Positions 62,234 to 64,000 of a stretch of 64,000 nucleotides of DNA are shown piece by piece. A model generated the notes under the pieces. It had not been told where the DNA came from. It worked only from the letters and a program-made list of their open reading frames with translations, and did no database searches. The position numbers were made by a program, and so were the translations under genes. Source of the DNA: Bacillota bacterium (GTDB lineage Bacteria; Bacillota; Clostridia; Christensenellales; Aristaeellaceae); NCBI GenBank assembly GCA_023459275.1, contig JAEWVC010000064.1:51630-115629 (forward strand), in the 5' to 3' direction. Each line of letters begins with the position of its first letter. The first letter of the stretch is position 1.

Positions 62234-62277
62234 TCCTCCGCTCCGCCCTATTCCGCCACAGGCGGGGGCGGGGCTCC
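62234..62277. repeat. 44-nt direct repeat, copy 2 (forms the 3' end of mazF)
   Basis: TCCTCCGCTCCGCCCTATTCCGCCACAGGCGGGGGCGGGGCTCC. On the minus strand it encodes the mazF tail GAPPPPVAE plus the stop codon. Confidence 0.8.
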
Positions 62278-62610
62278 GGAGCCCAGTGAAATGGCCAGGG
62301 CTCTGTCCACCTTCGCCATCAGTTCTTCATCCACACGGCCCAGCCGTTCCATCAGGCGTTTCTTTTCCAGGGTACGAACCTGCTCGGTCAAAATCACGGA
62401 ATCCTTTTTCAGGCCGCTTTCCCGGCTGGAAATGGCCACGTGCGTGGGCAGCTTGGGCTTGTTGAGCCGGGAGGTGATGGCGGCCACGATTACCGTGGGG
62501 CTATGCAGGTTGCCTATATCGTTCTGAATGATCAAAACGGGGCGGATACCGCCCTGCTCCGATCCGATCACAGGATCCAAATCGGCCCGATAGATTTCCC
62601 CTCTTTTCAT
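62248..62610 (-). CDS. mazF: MazF/EndoA (PemK-family) type II toxin endoribonuclease
   Basis: [58 protein letters not shown]... is near-colinear with B. subtilis EndoA/NdoA as I recall it. The ATG at 62610 has GGAG 9 nt upstream. Confidence 0.88.
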   Translation of the reverse strand: MKRGEIYRADLDPVIGSEQGGIRPVLIIQNDIGNLHSPTVIVAAITSRLNKPKLPTHVAISSRESGLKKDSVILTEQVRTLEKKRLMERLGRVDEELMAKVDRALAISLGSGAPPPPVAE

Positions 62611-62814
62611 ATTGTCACACTCCACGCCCCCTGTCAAGGTCCTTCCTTCGATTGCCCGCATGGATACCATGGAAGGCAGTGCGGCGCCGCTTTTGCTCTT
62701 GCACTTAAGAACAGAGGGCCTTCGCCGCCGCTCCCTTCATCCTATGCCAAGAGCGCCCGAGCGTTCGAAACAGAGCGGGAGTATAAAAGGATGAGGCGTA
62801 TGGAATTTAGGCGG

Positions 62815-64000
62815 TCACCGCCGTGTGACAGGCTCTTTCCCCAGGTACCAGGTCAAATCCGTGGCCAGCAATCCCCGCTGTCCCGTGGCCTTCTCCGCCC
62901 GGCGGGCGGCATGGCCGTGGAGGCAGCATCCGATCTGGGCAAGCATCAAAGGGGGATGTCCAAGCTCCTTCCCCTGGGCCAGGAGGGCGGCCAGGATGCC
63001 GGTCAGGGCATCGCCGCTGCCGCCTTTGGCCAAGGCCGGCGTGCCCGTGATGTTCACAGCCAGGCGGGACCCGTCATACAGCAGAGTAGTCGCGCCCTTC
63101 AAAAGCACCACACCGCCAAGCGTCTGCCAAAGCGCCTGCACGGCTTCCGCCGCGTCCGCGGTTACCGCGCCCGCGGACACCTGCATCAGCCGCGCCGCCT
63201 CGCCGGGGTGCGGCGTAAAGATGTTCGTACCCGCCATGGGCAGCATATCCCGGCTTACAGCCAGCAGATTCAATGCGTCCGCATCCCACACGGCGGGCTT
63301 TCCTGCCCGTTTTACCGCCTGCAAAAGCGGCAGCCGGTCGGGGAACGCCCCAAGGCCGGGCCCCACGGCCACAGCATCCGCCCGCAGAGCGGCCTCATAC
63401 ACCAGGTTTTCTGCCTCTCTTGCAAAAGCCGCGCCTTCCATAGGCAGCGGAAGACAGGTGGCGCAGGGCGATACCTGCTGCACGATGGGCACCACATTTT
63501 CCGGGCAGGCCACGGTCACAAGCCCGGCCCCCGTGCGCAGCGCCGACAGCGCGCAGATAGACGCCGCGCCGGCCATGCCGGCGGAACCCGCCACCACGAG
63601 CACCCGGCCGTAATCCCCTTTATGGGTGTCCCGACGCCTGGGAGGCAGCAATGCGCCCAGATCCTTGGGCAAAAGTACATCCATACCCGGCGCGTCATCC
63701 ATCACTTTGGACAGTCCGATATCCGCCACCTTCACCCGCCCCGCGTACTCCGGGCCCTTGTTCAGGTACAGCCCGATCTTTGGCCGGTGGAAGGTCACCG
63801 TGACAAAAGCCCGCACGGCTTCCCCCATCACCATGCCGGTAAGGCCGCTCAAGCCCGAGGGGATATCCACCGCCACCACGGGAAGCCCGCTTTCATTCAC
63901 CTTCTTGATCAAGGCATAGGCCACGCCCTGCACGGGCTGGTTCAGCCCCGTGCCAAACAGCGCGTCCACGATGCAGCCTATCTCCGGGCCAATGGGCGGC
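62815..64000 (-). CDS. nnr: bifunctional NAD(P)H-hydrate repair enzyme Nnr (epimerase/dehydratase), 5'-truncated by window end
   Basis: The C-terminal dehydratase domain carries HKGDYGRVLVVAGSAGMAGAA and GGSGDALTGILAALLAQG. The upstream part is YjeF_N-like (VVAVDIPSGL). The frame stays open to position 64000. Confidence 0.85.
   Translation of the reverse strand, partial: PPIGPEIGCIVDALFGTGLNQPVQGVAYALIKKVNESGLPVVAVDIPSGLSGLTGMVMGEAVRAFVTVTFHRPKIGLYLNKGPEYAGRVKVADIGLSKVMDDAPGMDVLLPKDLGALLPPRRRDTHKGDYGRVLVVAGSAGMAGAASICALSALRTGAGLVTVACPENVVPIVQQVSPCATCLPLPMEGAAFAREAENLVYEAALRADAVAVGPGLGAFPDRLPLLQAVKRAGKPAVWDADALNLLAVSRDMLPMAGTNIFTPHPGEAARLMQVSAGAVTADAAEAVQALWQTLGGVVLLKGATTLLYDGSRLAVNITGTPALAKGGSGDALTGILAALLAQGKELGHPPLMLAQIGCCLHGHAARRAEKATGQRGLLATDLTWYLGKEPVTRR

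Noticed and set aside
62128-62277. The 44-nt direct repeats as a mini CRISPR array.
   Set aside because: There are only two copies. The repeats are longer than typical CRISPR repeats. One copy lies inside a coding region, and there are no cas genes or leader.

Overview
GC-rich Firmicutes/Clostridia-type chromosomal segment (strong GGAGG Shine-Dalgarno sites, cdaA-cdaR, rsmG-noc, ndoA-type mazF). I support about 60 protein genes, most tightly packed and translationally coupled. From left to right: a housekeeping block with PHP phosphoesterase, MATE, ogt, a DUF134-NifX fusion and GNAT; a six-gene operon headed by cdaA-cdaR; radC, a DUF218 gene, rsmG and a ParB/Noc-like gene. Next comes a large sugar-acid island: uxaC, uxaA-uxaB, a TRAP transporter (dctPQM), an Ldh_2 oxidoreductase, kdgK, an eda-VOC fusion and an IclR regulator. 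It is followed by a YesMN-like two-component system with a TIM-barrel isomerase and a CUT1 ABC importer. Then comes a block of small and membrane genes: yeaQ-like, a secreted DUF5050-like protein, oadB plus an oadG-like gene without partners, Usp, PadR with a membrane partner, a GAF/fRMsr gene and an LCP gene. The window ends with serC-serA, a GH13 enzyme, a heterodimeric ABC exporter, pyrG, a BMP-type nucleoside/sugar ABC importer, yitT, a solitary mazF and a partial nnr. I saw no rRNA, tRNA, CRISPR array, transposase, integrase or phage structural gene. I also found no clear-cut defence island, and most of the window is ordinary metabolism. The best candidates for something undescribed are: (1) a DUF134 regulator fused to a NifX-type domain and a His/Cys tail, with a duplicated palindromic operator; (2) cdaA-cdaR coupled to an unknown disordered membrane protein and a P-loop NTPase instead of glmM; (3) an antitoxin-less mazF whose 3' end is built from a 44-nt repeat; (4) an oadB/oadG-like pair with no carboxyltransferase or biotin carrier; (5) atypical parts of the uronate island (Ldh_2, eda-VOC, a dual 16-nt operator); (6) an unannotated 56-codon ORF and a two-copy bipartite REP-like element. 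All family calls rest on motif recognition by eye and all need HMM/BLAST confirmation.
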